64,000 bases of DNA, from assembly GCA_965223345.1 (NCBI GenBank), contig CBDCWG010000012.1, positions 1,440,001 through 1,504,000 on the forward strand, written 5' to 3'. Numbering within the stretch: position 1 is the stretch's first letter; every line of letters begins with the position of its first letter. The notes below the pieces were generated by a model. The model saw only the letters and a program-made list of their open reading frames with translations, had not been told where the DNA came from and made no database searches. The DNA comes from Nitrospinales bacterium (GTDB taxonomy: Bacteria; Nitrospinota; Nitrospinia; Nitrospinales; VA-1). A program made the position numbers and the translations under genes. Below are positions 49,901 through 60,071 of the stretch, in pieces.

Positions 49901-50379
49901 ATCCGAGGTACAAAGTGGCACGGCTCATGCTGCGGGCTAAGTACAACCCGGCGTATCCGTACCATACCACCATGATGAAGCATTCGACGTGGATGGGGAC
50001 CGAACGCACCGTTAAGGCACATGAAGAACGCCCCGACGGCCGCGCCATGTCCATGACCACTCCGTATCAGTCCAACTTCCGGTACGGCGGTCAGCAGTCC
50101 ATCACGCGTTCCTGGTTGATGCCCATGCATCAGACGGACAGTCTGTTCCATAAGGCAAAGTCCAAAATGAAGTTCCTCCACGGTTACGAAGCCGACAACC
50201 ATGCGATCAACGCAGTTCCGAAAGAGACGCTGGTTAAGTTTGCCAAGGCCGAGGATGGTGGTCTCCATGGTAAAGGACTCTGGGAGCCCGTACGTACGGG
50301 TTACACTCCGGAGTCACCGTTGAAAGACCGTTTCGCGGAAATGTACCTTGCAGGTCAGTACGTCCGCGTGAAGATTTAA
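46918..50379 (+). CDS. nxrA: Nitrite oxidoreductase alpha subunit (periplasmic, Nitrospina/Nitrospira/anammox type)
   Basis: Tat signal NRRKFLQ, CSPNDTHQC...RMC Fe-S motif, NYTWHGDQ with the Asp Mo ligand. Confidence 0.97.
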   Translation: MRLNRRKFLQVSAGVATAMALSSKKVGAQLKPVVKVGNPLESYPDRRWEEVYRDQYKYERSFTYCCSPNDTHQCRVRGFVRNGILMRIEQNYDHHKVRDLYGNQADAAWNPRMCLRGMTYPRRAYGPYRNKYPMIRVGWKQWADDGFPFLDKENREKYKFTSRGTDEFVRLTWDQTFTYLAKGHVAVAKAYSGARGAQRLKNEGYQPEMIEAMGGSGPRTFKYRGGMGLLGVIGKYGIYRLGNQVALLDSIIRGRGPGQVLGGRAWSNYTWHGDQAPGHSWTHGMQTSDIDFADHRYAKMTIQWGKNLIENKMPEAHWYTEIMERGGTLVAIAPEYNPPATKADYWVPVRAGLSDISIFLGCAKIIMEEGLVDVDYVKEYTDMPLLVRTDTLIRLHPDDFIPGYKAQALPKDGMTSKWMSNFNRDKMPDFVVWDTNSDKPVAINREDIGAKMRKKNIDPALDGVYDIKLVSGKTITVMPLYEMYKVHLKDYDLDTVYQISHAPKDLVLRLSRDIGTIKPVEIHYGEGINHYFHATMHNRASYVPLMLTGNVGPKGSGSHTWAGNYKAGNYQGSHWSGPGFAAMVAEDPFNTVLDPAKNIDWKNVKGYLKGEEVGYWAHRDKALVVNTPRYGRKVFTGRTHMPTPTKLVWFVNVNVINNAKWFYELVFNTNNNVDMIVAQDIEFTGSCEYSDIVLAPNSWAEFESYEITSACSNPFHQIWGGTGIKPIFDTIDDNLIHREFSKRLAEVTGDKRFADHMKVYEGEAPNRTKAMIRRIFTTSTTGMGYNIDDIINGKYGEPGACLLLYRTYPRSPFWEMFTESKPFYTPNGRIQFYNDEPEAIEWGENFIVHREGPEATPYLPNVIVSTNPYIRPDDYGIPEDEQDPDLRHVRNIKKPWSAVRTTKNFLWEKGYRFYCVTPKSRHTAHSSWATTDWNMIWNNNFGDPYRMDKRSPGVGEWQVHMNPFLCKDLGINDGDYVYCDANPADRPYMGWKPSDPRYKVARLMLRAKYNPAYPYHTTMMKHSTWMGTERTVKAHEERPDGRAMSMTTPYQSNFRYGGQQSITRSWLMPMHQTDSLFHKAKSKMKFLHGYEADNHAINAVPKETLVKFAKAEDGGLHGKGLWEPVRTGYTPESPLKDRFAEMYLAGQYVRVKI

Positions 50380-50466
50380 ATCTGGTGTGTGCGGGCCTCT
50401 TTTGGGGCCCGCCGCATCCGGTAATTTAACGGAACTGAACAAACAGTAAGCTAAGGAGGTACGATA

Positions 50467-51744
50467 ATGCCTGAAGTCTATAACTGGCAACTGGGCCGGA
50501 TGGCTACTTACGTATACGAAGAGAAGCATCCGAAAGAGCAGTTTACGTTCGTATTCAATACGAACCGCTGCATCGCTTGTCAGACGTGTACGATGGCCCA
50601 TAAATCCACCTGGACCTTCTCCAAGGGCCAGGAGTATATGTGGTGGAACAACGTTGAAACGAAACCTTACGGCGGCTACCCGCAGTTCTGGGATTGGAAA
50701 ATCCTCAAGATGCTTGAGCAGTCCAATCCGGGTCAGAACGTGTGGAACGTTCGTAAGACTTCCAACAAAGCGATCCACGGCGTATACGAAGGCGTGACGA
50801 TTTTCGAAGCGCCTGCCAAGATCGGTCTGAACCAGCAAGCGATCGGTTACGTACCGACGGACGAAGAGTGGCGCTTCCCGAACTTCGGTGAAGACACCGC
50901 TCACGGCCGCGAGTTCACGCAGTCCCGCGAAGGAACCTTCGGCGGCGACAACGGAACGCGTTCGGTGCTGCCCGAGCACAAAATCTGGTTCTTCTATGTA
51001 CAGCGCATTTGCAACCACTGCACGTATCCGGGTTGTCTGGCGGCGTGTCCTCGCAAGGCGATCTACAAGCGCCAGGAGGACGGCATCGTTCTGATCGACC
51101 AGTCTCGCTGCCGCGGTTACAAAAAGTGCGTTGAGCAATGTCCCTACAAAAAGCCGATGTTCCGCGGAACCACCCGGATCTCTGAAAAATGTATCGCCTG
51201 CTACCCGAGGATCGAAGGACTGGATCCGCTGACGGAAGGCGATCAGATGGAGACCCGTTGTATGGCCGCCTGCGTCGGTAAGATTCGCCTTCAGGGTCTT
51301 GTGAAGATAGGCAGCAACGGCGAATGGGCGCACGATCCCGAGAATCCGCAGTATTACCTGATTCGGGACCGCAAAGTCGCTCTGCCGCTGTACCCGCAGC
51401 TGGGCACCGAGCCGAACGGTTACTACGTACCGTCGCGCCACGTACCCAGAGCCTATTCACAGCAGATGTTCGGACCGGGCGTCGATCACGCGATCGATCA
51501 GTACATGGTGCCCGACCGGGATCTGTTGGGAGTCCTTCAGCTCTTTAGGACGACACAGCGCATCATCTTCAAATGGAAACGTGAGCCCGGTCCGAAGATC
51601 TTCGAGACCAACATTCACGGCAAGAAGTTTGAGATGTATAACGATACGATCATCGGGTTCAACCGGAAAGGTAAAGAAGTCATCCGTGTTACGGTTGAAG
51701 AGCCTTTCTACGTACGGCCCGAGGAGCATCCAGGCGCCATCTAA
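50467..51744 (+). CDS. nxrB: Nitrite oxidoreductase beta subunit
   Basis: MPEVYNWQLGR, YMWWNNVETKPYGGYP, CNHCTYPGCLAACP. Confidence 0.97.
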   Translation: MPEVYNWQLGRMATYVYEEKHPKEQFTFVFNTNRCIACQTCTMAHKSTWTFSKGQEYMWWNNVETKPYGGYPQFWDWKILKMLEQSNPGQNVWNVRKTSNKAIHGVYEGVTIFEAPAKIGLNQQAIGYVPTDEEWRFPNFGEDTAHGREFTQSREGTFGGDNGTRSVLPEHKIWFFYVQRICNHCTYPGCLAACPRKAIYKRQEDGIVLIDQSRCRGYKKCVEQCPYKKPMFRGTTRISEKCIACYPRIEGLDPLTEGDQMETRCMAACVGKIRLQGLVKIGSNGEWAHDPENPQYYLIRDRKVALPLYPQLGTEPNGYYVPSRHVPRAYSQQMFGPGVDHAIDQYMVPDRDLLGVLQLFRTTQRIIFKWKREPGPKIFETNIHGKKFEMYNDTIIGFNRKGKEVIRVTVEEPFYVRPEEHPGAI

Positions 51745-51876
51745 GGAGTGACCGGAGTGCCGGGGCGGAGGAATCCCTGCCTCTTCTGCCCCGGTGAACC
51801 GGTTGTTGCAAACATATCGGGTTCGACGAACCTTGACAGTTATGCCTAACAGATCTGCTAACGAGGAGAGATTACT

Positions 51877-52878
51877 GTGAACAGGAAGATATTACTCATA
51901 CTCATCATTGCTTTGGTACTTGGAATGTTCGTCTCCAATTCCGGAGCCGCAACTATCCAAGCACTGAAGATTAAGGGCGAAATCCCCAGCAACCCTATGG
52001 ATCCATTCTGGTCCAACTACGGCCCCACCAAGGGAAAACATACGGTCATCGATCTGGATCCTCAGATGATCACCAACCCCATGTGGCCGAACCCTTCGAC
52101 CAAATGGGTCAACGTGAAAGCCGCCAACAACGGCAAGGAAATCGCAATCCGGGTTTCCTGGACCGATGGAACCCGAAACGACATCATGATCCAGTCCCAG
52201 CAGTATAAGGACCAGGCCGCGGTCATGTTTCCTGTGAACCAGTCTGCCGAAGAGCCTCCCTTCACCATGGGTGGAGACGGCGAGCGCGTCAACATCTGGC
52301 AGTGGAAAGCGACCTGGGATAAAGAAGGCGCTGGCAAAGGCGGCAATGAAAATATGCAGGACCTGGAAGATCAGTACCAAAACATGGCCCTGGGAGCCGG
52401 TGGCTATTACATGTATGAACCCGATGGCAATCTCAAAGGCCTCGACACCCAGCATGCTTCCGGCAGCAAATCCAAACGGAACGCAGCGGGCATCGAAACC
52501 GCAGGCACCGGCGATATTTCAAAAAGAAGCACCTACGTCGATTTCGGCATGGGTAAAAATGAAGGGGTGTACAATCCCGGCCGAGCGACGGGCAATATCC
52601 TTTCCGATGCTTCCATGCGCGTATCCCCCATTGAAGACCTGAACGCAGAAGGGTTCAGCACGCTGACCACTCAGGCGAACCAGGATGTTCAGGGTGGAGG
52701 CTACTGGATCAACAACCGTTGGGCCGTCGTTTACAAACGTGCACTCAAAACGGATGATCAGAACGACACGCAGTTTACGAGCGGGAAAACCCCGATCGCA
52801 TTCGCCATTTGGAATGGTCAGAACAAAGAAAGAAACGGCCAGAAAGGCGTCACCCAGTGGCATGAGCTGAAGTACTGA
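51877..52878 (+). CDS. nxrC: Nitrite oxidoreductase gamma subunit (EbdC-like heme b protein)
   Basis: Signal peptide, PPFTMG...VNIWQWKA, AFAIWNG..ERNGQK; third gene of the operon. Confidence 0.88.
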   Translation: MNRKILLILIIALVLGMFVSNSGAATIQALKIKGEIPSNPMDPFWSNYGPTKGKHTVIDLDPQMITNPMWPNPSTKWVNVKAANNGKEIAIRVSWTDGTRNDIMIQSQQYKDQAAVMFPVNQSAEEPPFTMGGDGERVNIWQWKATWDKEGAGKGGNENMQDLEDQYQNMALGAGGYYMYEPDGNLKGLDTQHASGSKSKRNAAGIETAGTGDISKRSTYVDFGMGKNEGVYNPGRATGNILSDASMRVSPIEDLNAEGFSTLTTQANQDVQGGGYWINNRWAVVYKRALKTDDQNDTQFTSGKTPIAFAIWNGQNKERNGQKGVTQWHELKY

Positions 52879-52905
52879 GTTGTAATTTTCTCGTAAAATT
52901 TATCT

Positions 52906-52939
52906 GGGGAGGCCCATTCAACCGGGTCTCCCCTTTTTT
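52906..52939 (+). terminator. nxr operon terminator
   Basis: GGGGAGGCCC/GGGTCTCCCC stem plus T-run. Confidence 0.75.
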
Positions 52940-52955
52940 ATTTAGGTAAGAAATC

Positions 52956-53369
52956 ATGAAAAACTCATACCCTTCGAGAAAAATATTACTTTTGGATAAA
53001 GATATATCTTTCAGGCAATCGGCACACCATCATTTCCAGCAGGAAGGGATCGATCTTTTATTGGCCGAGACTCGGGAGGGTGCGCTGCGAATATTGCATC
53101 AAGACAATACCATGTTGCAAACTTATCTTATATTTTGTGATATATCGGACTCTGAGCCAAACGGCCCTGAATTTGTTCATTTGATGCGTCATCAATCCAT
53201 AGTCATACCAATTATCGCGTTCGTGCGTGAAACAGAAATTCAAAAAGCCGAAGCAATGCTCAGCAAAAAAATAATCAAGAAATACCTTATCAAACCCGTT
53301 TCAAATGAAAAACTCATTCAAACAGCTCGGGATTGGTTATACCGCTCTTATTTTATGCAGGCATCGTGA
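52956..53369 (+). CDS. Stand-alone atypical receiver-domain protein
   Basis: ILLLD, IFCD, NGPEF, YLIKP. Confidence 0.75.
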   Translation: MKNSYPSRKILLLDKDISFRQSAHHHFQQEGIDLLLAETREGALRILHQDNTMLQTYLIFCDISDSEPNGPEFVHLMRHQSIVIPIIAFVRETEIQKAEAMLSKKIIKKYLIKPVSNEKLIQTARDWLYRSYFMQAS

Positions 53370-53463
53370 GTATTTTGATAATGGAGTGAAAATTAAAAGC
53401 TCCGCACTTTGGGCCGGGGGTAGCGCAATATCATGAGACCGGGGTTCATAAAGTTGCGACAAG

Positions 53464-55968
53464 CTAAAGCGGTTTTCGATTGGTGAATGCTTCACGCTGT
53501 TGTTGCTGGCGGATGCGTTGTTGCGTTTGCTGTTGTTTGTTCGCCAACTGGCTATGGCGCGAGCTTTGTTTCCGATTTCCTTGGGCAGAGTACAACTGGC
53601 TCAAAAGCCGATGGTGATCGATCAGAAGACCACGAACGCTGCGTCCTCCCTTGCGTGTCCCCGGCATATCCGTCGTATCCACAACCGTATCCCAATCTTT
53701 CACCGGCACCCGTTGCGCGAGAAGCAGAGCACTTTCGCTAACGGCGATTGCGTTAGCCAGGTCGGTGTCACGCAACGCGCGTGCGGCGAAAAACCGCATC
53801 TGTATGGACAATCCCGCATCCCCGGAGTTCAGCTCCCCCTTCGCATTGGGTAACAGTGAGCGGCCTGCCACCTTGGCTTTCGCGCCTTCTAAGGCCAAGG
53901 TGAGCTGACTGGCCACAATCACGCCTTGAGTGTCGTTGAGTCCTGCAAATGCGACGGCTCTGTAAGCGGGAATCAGGCTTGCGCCGGGATCGACCTTTTC
54001 AGCCTCGTCGAGTTGCTTCAGAGCGCTCCGGTAGCGGGTTTCCTTCACCAACTTGAACACGGGGCGGAGTTGTACTCTTGCAGAGGTGCCCATTAGAGAA
54101 GCCAGCCACCCTTGCCATCGATCGCGTAATTCGTAGGTGTGGGTGCCGGTGGCCAGATCGATCATCATTTCGATGGCGTCGAAATTGTACGGATCGACCT
54201 TCAATGCCGATTTGATGGCGCCTCCTGATTGTCCCAGATCACCGAGCCAGTGATAATAAACCGCATTGGCCAGATCGTGAGTGATTTTTTGCGATGCATT
54301 CCCCTTAGTGGCGCCGGCGACGCGTTTCAATGCGACCGGAGCCTGACGGCGGTAATCCTGGGCCTGCCGATCCAGTTGATCGGCTTGAGCCAGCTGGCTG
54401 GGTGATGGGTGAGTGGTTATCTTATAGCGTCCATCCGAACGGTCTTCGTATCGAACACTGGGTTGGCGCAATTGTGCGGCTAGGTCGTTCAGAACTCGGG
54501 CACCCGAGGTGTAATAATCGAGATAAAGCCGCGCCATATCCAGATCGACGGCTTGTATTGCCAACGCGCGTTTGACATAAGGTTGCATGCGGTCGAGATC
54601 ATGCTTCATTCGCAATGCAAGCGCGTAGGCACGCAGCGCACCGTGGTGGTTGGCATTGATCTGCAGGGCGCGTTTGAGTAACGGGATCGCTAAGCCGGGA
54701 TCACCGCGAAATACCCAGGGCACCGCGTACACGGTTTTGCCGCCAGACTCGCGCCATTCATCGCGGAGCGGCAACAAAACCTTTTTAGGGTTGCCCTTCT
54801 GGTCCATCACCTGTCGCGTGGCCAACGGCCGGAGATAGAATTGAGCCAGCGCCACCAAAGGATCCGGATTGTTTGGGGAGGCAGATATCGACCGTTTCAG
54901 TTCCGCCACTCGGTCCGCATACACTTCTTCACGATTCCAGTTTTTCGCCCGCCGCGCCTGCACAAGTGGAATGGCAAGATCGATCAGTTTTGGTAAAGTC
55001 TTTCCAGACCGGATGCTTGATTTCAGCTGGGCCAGGGCATCGCCGGGATTGGCCGCAATGACGTTTGTCGTTTTTTTCCTTTCAATGATTGAAAAGATGT
55101 TTTCCCGAAAGGCCGAAGCCGACTTAGGGTCGATCGCCTCTGCAGCCGCGAAGTCGCGTTGCGCGCGATCGGCATCACCCATCAGAGCGGCGGCCCGGGC
55201 ACGCCCAAGCAGAGCGTAGGAGTGATTGGGTTGTAATTCGAGCACACGCGAATATTCCTTGCGCGCGAGTGCATAGTTTTTATGGTAAAGTCGGCAGGAT
55301 GCGGAGATATAGAGTAACTTTACATGGTTTGGATTGCCGGCCCGAATGGCTTCTATGAGATTCCAGGAAGCATCGTATTTTTTCTGGTTGTAGAGATCGA
55401 TCGCTCGTTGCAACAGATGCGGCCAGGCGAACGGTTTGATCATCTGTTGACGTGCAAACGCTCTGGATAGAGCAGGGATCTGGGTCAGCGACCTGAGTTT
55501 TCTTTGCGGGTCGGATTGTGTGCTGGCACGGTGGATGGCATCGATCAGCGCTCGTGTGTAGGGCGAGCGCACATCATAGGGTGGATTCGGATTGGTGCCC
55601 GGCGGCTTGAACAGGGCGTCCGCGGCGAACTGCCAAAGTTTTATTTCCTGATTGCGGGAATCAAGACGGCGTGCCCGGGTCAAGCTGGCATCGACCTGGG
55701 ATTTTCCCTGCGCAATACGAGCCACCGCCAAAGCCAGGTGCGCATCCGATTGTTCGTCGTCAATTTGAATCGTTTTGACGAATGATTCCTCAGCATCCTG
55801 AAACCTGTCTTCAACCAGGGCCTCCAACCCGCGTACAAATTCACTGACGGCGGTATCGGCAGGCTGAGCGCTCGCAACCCCCGTCACACTCAAATAGAGG
55901 GCCAATACCGTCCAACACACCGGGAACAATCTGTATTTGATCCTGATCACTGCCTTGTCACAAAGCAA
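53464..55968 (-). CDS. Secreted TPR-repeat protein
   Basis: Signal peptide and several TPR-like helix pairs; 834 aa; start uncertain. Confidence 0.8.
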   Translation of the reverse strand: MLCDKAVIRIKYRLFPVCWTVLALYLSVTGVASAQPADTAVSEFVRGLEALVEDRFQDAEESFVKTIQIDDEQSDAHLALAVARIAQGKSQVDASLTRARRLDSRNQEIKLWQFAADALFKPPGTNPNPPYDVRSPYTRALIDAIHRASTQSDPQRKLRSLTQIPALSRAFARQQMIKPFAWPHLLQRAIDLYNQKKYDASWNLIEAIRAGNPNHVKLLYISASCRLYHKNYALARKEYSRVLELQPNHSYALLGRARAAALMGDADRAQRDFAAAEAIDPKSASAFRENIFSIIERKKTTNVIAANPGDALAQLKSSIRSGKTLPKLIDLAIPLVQARRAKNWNREEVYADRVAELKRSISASPNNPDPLVALAQFYLRPLATRQVMDQKGNPKKVLLPLRDEWRESGGKTVYAVPWVFRGDPGLAIPLLKRALQINANHHGALRAYALALRMKHDLDRMQPYVKRALAIQAVDLDMARLYLDYYTSGARVLNDLAAQLRQPSVRYEDRSDGRYKITTHPSPSQLAQADQLDRQAQDYRRQAPVALKRVAGATKGNASQKITHDLANAVYYHWLGDLGQSGGAIKSALKVDPYNFDAIEMMIDLATGTHTYELRDRWQGWLASLMGTSARVQLRPVFKLVKETRYRSALKQLDEAEKVDPGASLIPAYRAVAFAGLNDTQGVIVASQLTLALEGAKAKVAGRSLLPNAKGELNSGDAGLSIQMRFFAARALRDTDLANAIAVSESALLLAQRVPVKDWDTVVDTTDMPGTRKGGRSVRGLLIDHHRLLSQLYSAQGNRKQSSRHSQLANKQQQTQQRIRQQQQREAFTNRKPL

Positions 55969-56308
55969 AACGGGCGATTTTTCTTAAAACCGGGAAACCT
56001 GACACCGTTTTTTAGCGTTGACTTTGTATTGAAATCGATGCGCCCATAATAACCCATATCGGGAGGTGGGCGCATGTCGAAATGGATTGCTATTTATTCC
56101 GGAATGAGATCGAAGGCCACTTTAACCGACTGAAATCAAACCTTATATAGGTGATATGGCTTTCAGGTTGAGCTGGTGTTTGAGGTCGAAACGGGTAATT
56201 ATCCCCCATACGCTCAAGCAGAGCGCTGCGCCCGGAAATTGCGGAAGCTCGCAAAATTCGTGAAGCCCCGTCTATAGATAAGATAGTCTATGTCTGCGCA
56301 GAGTATTT

Positions 56309-56947
56309 TCAACTGTCACGTGAGCAAATACTCAGCAGCCGGAGGGGTGTTTTCAGTTTGCCTCGGTATCCGGCAGCTGAAAATGAAAGTTTGGCGGATA
56401 CTTCGGCGATTCTCGATTGGGCCAGTTTTCTTATATAAAGGATGAGCTGCCATATTTCCTCATCTTCCAGTTTGGAAAAGGCGGGCATTCCGGTTCCCGG
56501 AGATCCGTTGCGGATGATCCAGAACAGCTGACCGTCGGGGACATCCCCGATGGTGTTGGCGCAGGTAAAATCTCTCGGCTTTGGATTCAGTTGGACGGAC
56601 AGGGGGCCGCGGCCATCTCCTTTCAATCCATGACAAAGTTTGCAGGCCCGGGGCTTGGCTTTTTCCTCAAAGAGAGCTTTGCCCATCAAAACGTTCTCCA
56701 TGGTGGAGTCTAGCGGATTGACTTTTTTATAGATCTCATCGGGAGCTTTTTGGGTTTTTCTCGGTTGCGGACAATCCATCGCAGAGAGAGGAGAGCTATA
56801 CAGGGTCAGGGTCAGCAAGCTGGCAAGGAGAATGGCATTTCCGGAAAATCCAACGACGCTGCTGGTTTTAAGAATCCGTTCTCGAAAATTTTTGTGTGCT
56901 GAAATCGGTGTCTTGGGGAATGATGTCTGTTTCATCGCTGCCTTCAT
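56309..56947 (-). CDS. Monoheme cytochrome c
   Basis: CKLCHG..GDG.G, PKPRDFT, GTGMPAF; true start may be further downstream. Confidence 0.85.
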   Translation of the reverse strand: MKAAMKQTSFPKTPISAHKNFRERILKTSSVVGFSGNAILLASLLTLTLYSSPLSAMDCPQPRKTQKAPDEIYKKVNPLDSTMENVLMGKALFEEKAKPRACKLCHGLKGDGRGPLSVQLNPKPRDFTCANTIGDVPDGQLFWIIRNGSPGTGMPAFSKLEDEEIWQLILYIRKLAQSRIAEVSAKLSFSAAGYRGKLKTPLRLLSICSRDS

Positions 56948-57105
56948 TGTGATGGGTTTTCAAACAACCCTGGTTTCAATGGGGTTCTGTTAGGATCCTG
57001 TCCGTGGATTGAAACAGGTTGAATATGCTTTAGCGATCGATTGGCAAATCTGATAAATGAGATACGTGCTGTCATACTATTCGGTCAAGGTTTCTAAAGA
57101 GAAGG

Positions 57106-58734
57106 TCATCGTTTCACTAAATGCGCGTCCGCCCACCTGAGTTTTTCTCCCAGGCCCACAGCCAGGTTCCGGTAAAGAACCACACCGATATCCGGCCGCA
57201 GACGCACAAGCTCTGCCAGAGATTCGCCTGAAAGTGTGGCCGCCAACACCGGTTCTTCAGCGGTGATGGTTGCGGAATGGGGTTCACAGGTCAACAGCGA
57301 GATCTCCCCGACCGCATCGCCTGTAGACACCTGTCCCACTTTCTGCTCGGGGCCGGCCATGGACACCTTCGCTTTCCCTTCGATCATTAAATGCATGCAC
57401 GAAGAAGGATCACCCTGGGAGAACAGTGCTTCTCCCCGTTTGAAGTGAGACAGGGTGCAGGTTCCGGCGACGCGCTTTGTCTGTTCTTCCGTGAGGCCGG
57501 TAAACAGTTTTATCCGATTCACAGCCTCGGCGATCGCGGGCAAAACTTCTTTGCGTGTGAATGAATGGATCACCGATTCCGCTATCGGACGCATCTCCGG
57601 AATCAACTCGATGGATCCGGTGTTGAAGGATGGCAAAATGCGGACCATGCGCAACACATCGACGCGCTCGACATCACAAAACACCATTGCGGGGAGATAG
57701 GCCGCCGGCAGAAACCCCAGTTCGAGCAGCGTTCTTTGCATACGAGGGGCCTTCGTGCTGACATCCACTTCCACGTAGTCCACCTCCCATTTATTCTGGC
57801 AAAGATCCAGCAAATGCTCCAAAAGATACCGGATGGCTTCATCGCCGTTGGTGATCAATTCGAAAATTCGCAGGTTTCGTTCCAGCTCATCGTGAATGTA
57901 TCCGATGGCTCCGGCGACGGGGCCCGGGCCTGCACGCGTTTTCCCTCTGGCAACCAGGTAGGTGGCGTGACTTTTTGTCAGGCGGAAAAAACCATACTGC
58001 AGGCGCATGGGCCCGAAGATCTCCCGGTTGCGGACCCGACCGCGCTCGATTCGCAGCAAACTGGGGAGCCCTTCGGAAGTCAATTTCTCCAATTCAAAAT
58101 CACCCTGGTGCGGGTAGGGGAGGGCCTCTTCGTCGATGATGGCGTCAAATTCGAGTCCGCAGTTTGCCAGAGACAGGTGAGCGAGGATGTGTGCCTCGGG
58201 TATGATGCGGGGATGGTTCGCCCGCAAGTTCAGCGCGTCGCCAAAGTGTTGAACGAAAAGAGCCATGCTTTCCCGATGACGAAAATAAAGCTTGAGCGGC
58301 AACAGGCCCGCCGGCGAAAATCCGTGCGACAGTGAGATGCTCTGGGAATGGGTGTGCACGGTTCGATTTTCCACGATCCCTACATGCAAGCGGGACTTCA
58401 CACATTCGATGCGTGCATCCATGAGTGCCTTGCCGATGCCATCGCACCTGGCATCCTGGCGCACCACCAGTCGCCCGAATTCGCCCACCAGATCGGAATA
58501 AGCGCCGGTCTCGAAAATCACCGATGCGGTGCCCAGTATTTCTTTGCTTTCGGAATGTTCCGCGACCAGCATTAAAATATCCTCGTTAAACACAGAGCGT
58601 TTTAACCAATCCACATCATAAAAATAAGGATAGGGATAATCGCCGCTGTAGACACTTTTGAAAATATCGCGGATCGCAGGTACATCTTCTTCCCGAGCTT
58701 CTCGCACAGAAAAACATTTATTGTTTTTTTTCAT
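57106..58734 (-). CDS. GNAT acetyltransferase fused to a C-terminal cyclic-nucleotide-binding domain
   Basis: GRLVVRQDARCDGIGK (GNAT motif A); LFSQGD...VGEISLL...HSAT (cNMP domain). Confidence 0.85.
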   Translation of the reverse strand: MKKNNKCFSVREAREEDVPAIRDIFKSVYSGDYPYPYFYDVDWLKRSVFNEDILMLVAEHSESKEILGTASVIFETGAYSDLVGEFGRLVVRQDARCDGIGKALMDARIECVKSRLHVGIVENRTVHTHSQSISLSHGFSPAGLLPLKLYFRHRESMALFVQHFGDALNLRANHPRIIPEAHILAHLSLANCGLEFDAIIDEEALPYPHQGDFELEKLTSEGLPSLLRIERGRVRNREIFGPMRLQYGFFRLTKSHATYLVARGKTRAGPGPVAGAIGYIHDELERNLRIFELITNGDEAIRYLLEHLLDLCQNKWEVDYVEVDVSTKAPRMQRTLLELGFLPAAYLPAMVFCDVERVDVLRMVRILPSFNTGSIELIPEMRPIAESVIHSFTRKEVLPAIAEAVNRIKLFTGLTEEQTKRVAGTCTLSHFKRGEALFSQGDPSSCMHLMIEGKAKVSMAGPEQKVGQVSTGDAVGEISLLTCEPHSATITAEEPVLAATLSGESLAELVRLRPDIGVVLYRNLAVGLGEKLRWADAHLVKR

Positions 58735-58744
58735 GGTGATCCAC

Positions 58745-59938
58745 TCACTTGTTTAAATAAACTCCAGCCAGCTTTGCGATCTGGACAAACCAGGCCGCAG
58801 CGGTTGCCAGGGCTCGCTCGTCGAAATCGAAACGGCTGGAATGTGCGGGGAACCCTTCCCGCCCGGGAACCTGCGCTCCGAAACGGATGTAGGCCCCGGG
58901 AACGTGACGGAGGTAGTAGGAAAAGTCCTCACCTCCCATATTGGCGGTGCGGAGTGGCTGAACCCCTTCTTCCCCCACCACGTTCACAGCCGCTTCTCTG
59001 GCCAGCTGTGTCATTTCCGGCGTGTTGATCACAGGAGGCGTGCCGGAAGAAACTTTCACCTCGATCCGGGCTCCGTGCAATTGTCCGATGGCTTGAGCGA
59101 TGCGAGTGATGGCTTTTTGCAAATGTTCCCGCACGCTGTCGCTTTGCGCCCGAATCGTTCCCTCCAAAATGGCGTTTCCGGCGATGACATTGGCGGCGGT
59201 TCCGGAATGAAAACGGCCCACCGAAATGACCGACGGATGGGCAGGGTCCACTTCCCGTGAGACGATCGTCTGGATCGCGGTCACCAGAAGACTTCCGACC
59301 ACCACCGCATCGATGGTTTCATGGGGCCGGGCTCCGTGTCCCTGTTGCCCCTGGATGGAGATCTCAAACACATCGGTGGACGCATTCACCGCACCTTCCG
59401 TCACAACGAGCGTTCCCGGTGGATGGTGCCGGTCCAGGTGTCCGCCGAATATCATGCCCACATTTTCCAGGACACCTCGCAAGATCATGGACTTGGCGCC
59501 GTTTCCGATCTCTTCCGCCGGCTGCCAGATCAAGCGAACCGGCAGTGGAGGAGGCGCTCCCTTTGCGAGGATCTCCGCCGCTCCCAGAAGCATGCTGCTG
59601 TGCCCGTCGTGACCGCAAGCGTGCATGACCCCTTTGTAGATGGAGCTGAAAGCGAGACCCGTTTCCTCCTGGATCGGAAGTCCGTCCATGTCCGCTCTCA
59701 GGGCGATAAACGGACCCTCGGCTTTGCCTGGAATTTCAGCCACCACGCCATGTCCCGCCACACCGGACTGAGCATGGATTCCAATTCGCTTGAGATGCTC
59801 AACGATGCGTTTGGCCGTTTGCTTTTCCTGCCCGCTCAGTTCCGGGTGGCGGTGAAGATCCCGTCGCAGAGAAACCATTTCTCTGAATACCTCTTCAGAA
59901 ACCCCTGCATGGAATACGATCGAATCGTCCATGATCAA
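58745..59938 (-). CDS. M20D amidohydrolase
   Basis: HPELS, LRADMD, MHACGHDGH, QPAEE, GEDF. Confidence 0.92.
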   Translation of the reverse strand: MIMDDSIVFHAGVSEEVFREMVSLRRDLHRHPELSGQEKQTAKRIVEHLKRIGIHAQSGVAGHGVVAEIPGKAEGPFIALRADMDGLPIQEETGLAFSSIYKGVMHACGHDGHSSMLLGAAEILAKGAPPPLPVRLIWQPAEEIGNGAKSMILRGVLENVGMIFGGHLDRHHPPGTLVVTEGAVNASTDVFEISIQGQQGHGARPHETIDAVVVGSLLVTAIQTIVSREVDPAHPSVISVGRFHSGTAANVIAGNAILEGTIRAQSDSVREHLQKAITRIAQAIGQLHGARIEVKVSSGTPPVINTPEMTQLAREAAVNVVGEEGVQPLRTANMGGEDFSYYLRHVPGAYIRFGAQVPGREGFPAHSSRFDFDERALATAAAWFVQIAKLAGVYLNK

Positions 59939-60071
59939 CTCTCGAAAAGTTTTGTGAATAAATTAGCAGGCCATTCCACTTGCAAGAAACGAGTGAAAGG
60001 TGTTTTTTATTTTTTCGCTTCGTGCTCATAGCTCTCGCGTTGCGGGAAATTGACCGATCACGCGTTCCCCG

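Noticed and set aside
47005..51460. Long antisense ORFs over nxrAB, and similar shadow ORFs elsewhere in the window
   Set aside because: Expected from GC3 codon bias; they overlap well-supported genes and show no motifs
46918..51744. Respiratory nitrate reductase NarGH
   Set aside because: The Tat signal, the MPEVYNWQLGR beta N-terminus and the EbdC-like gamma subunit fit periplasmic NXR
56100..56300. Possible IS91-like terminus between the TPR and cytochrome genes
   Set aside because: Resemblance is too weak and no transposase is present
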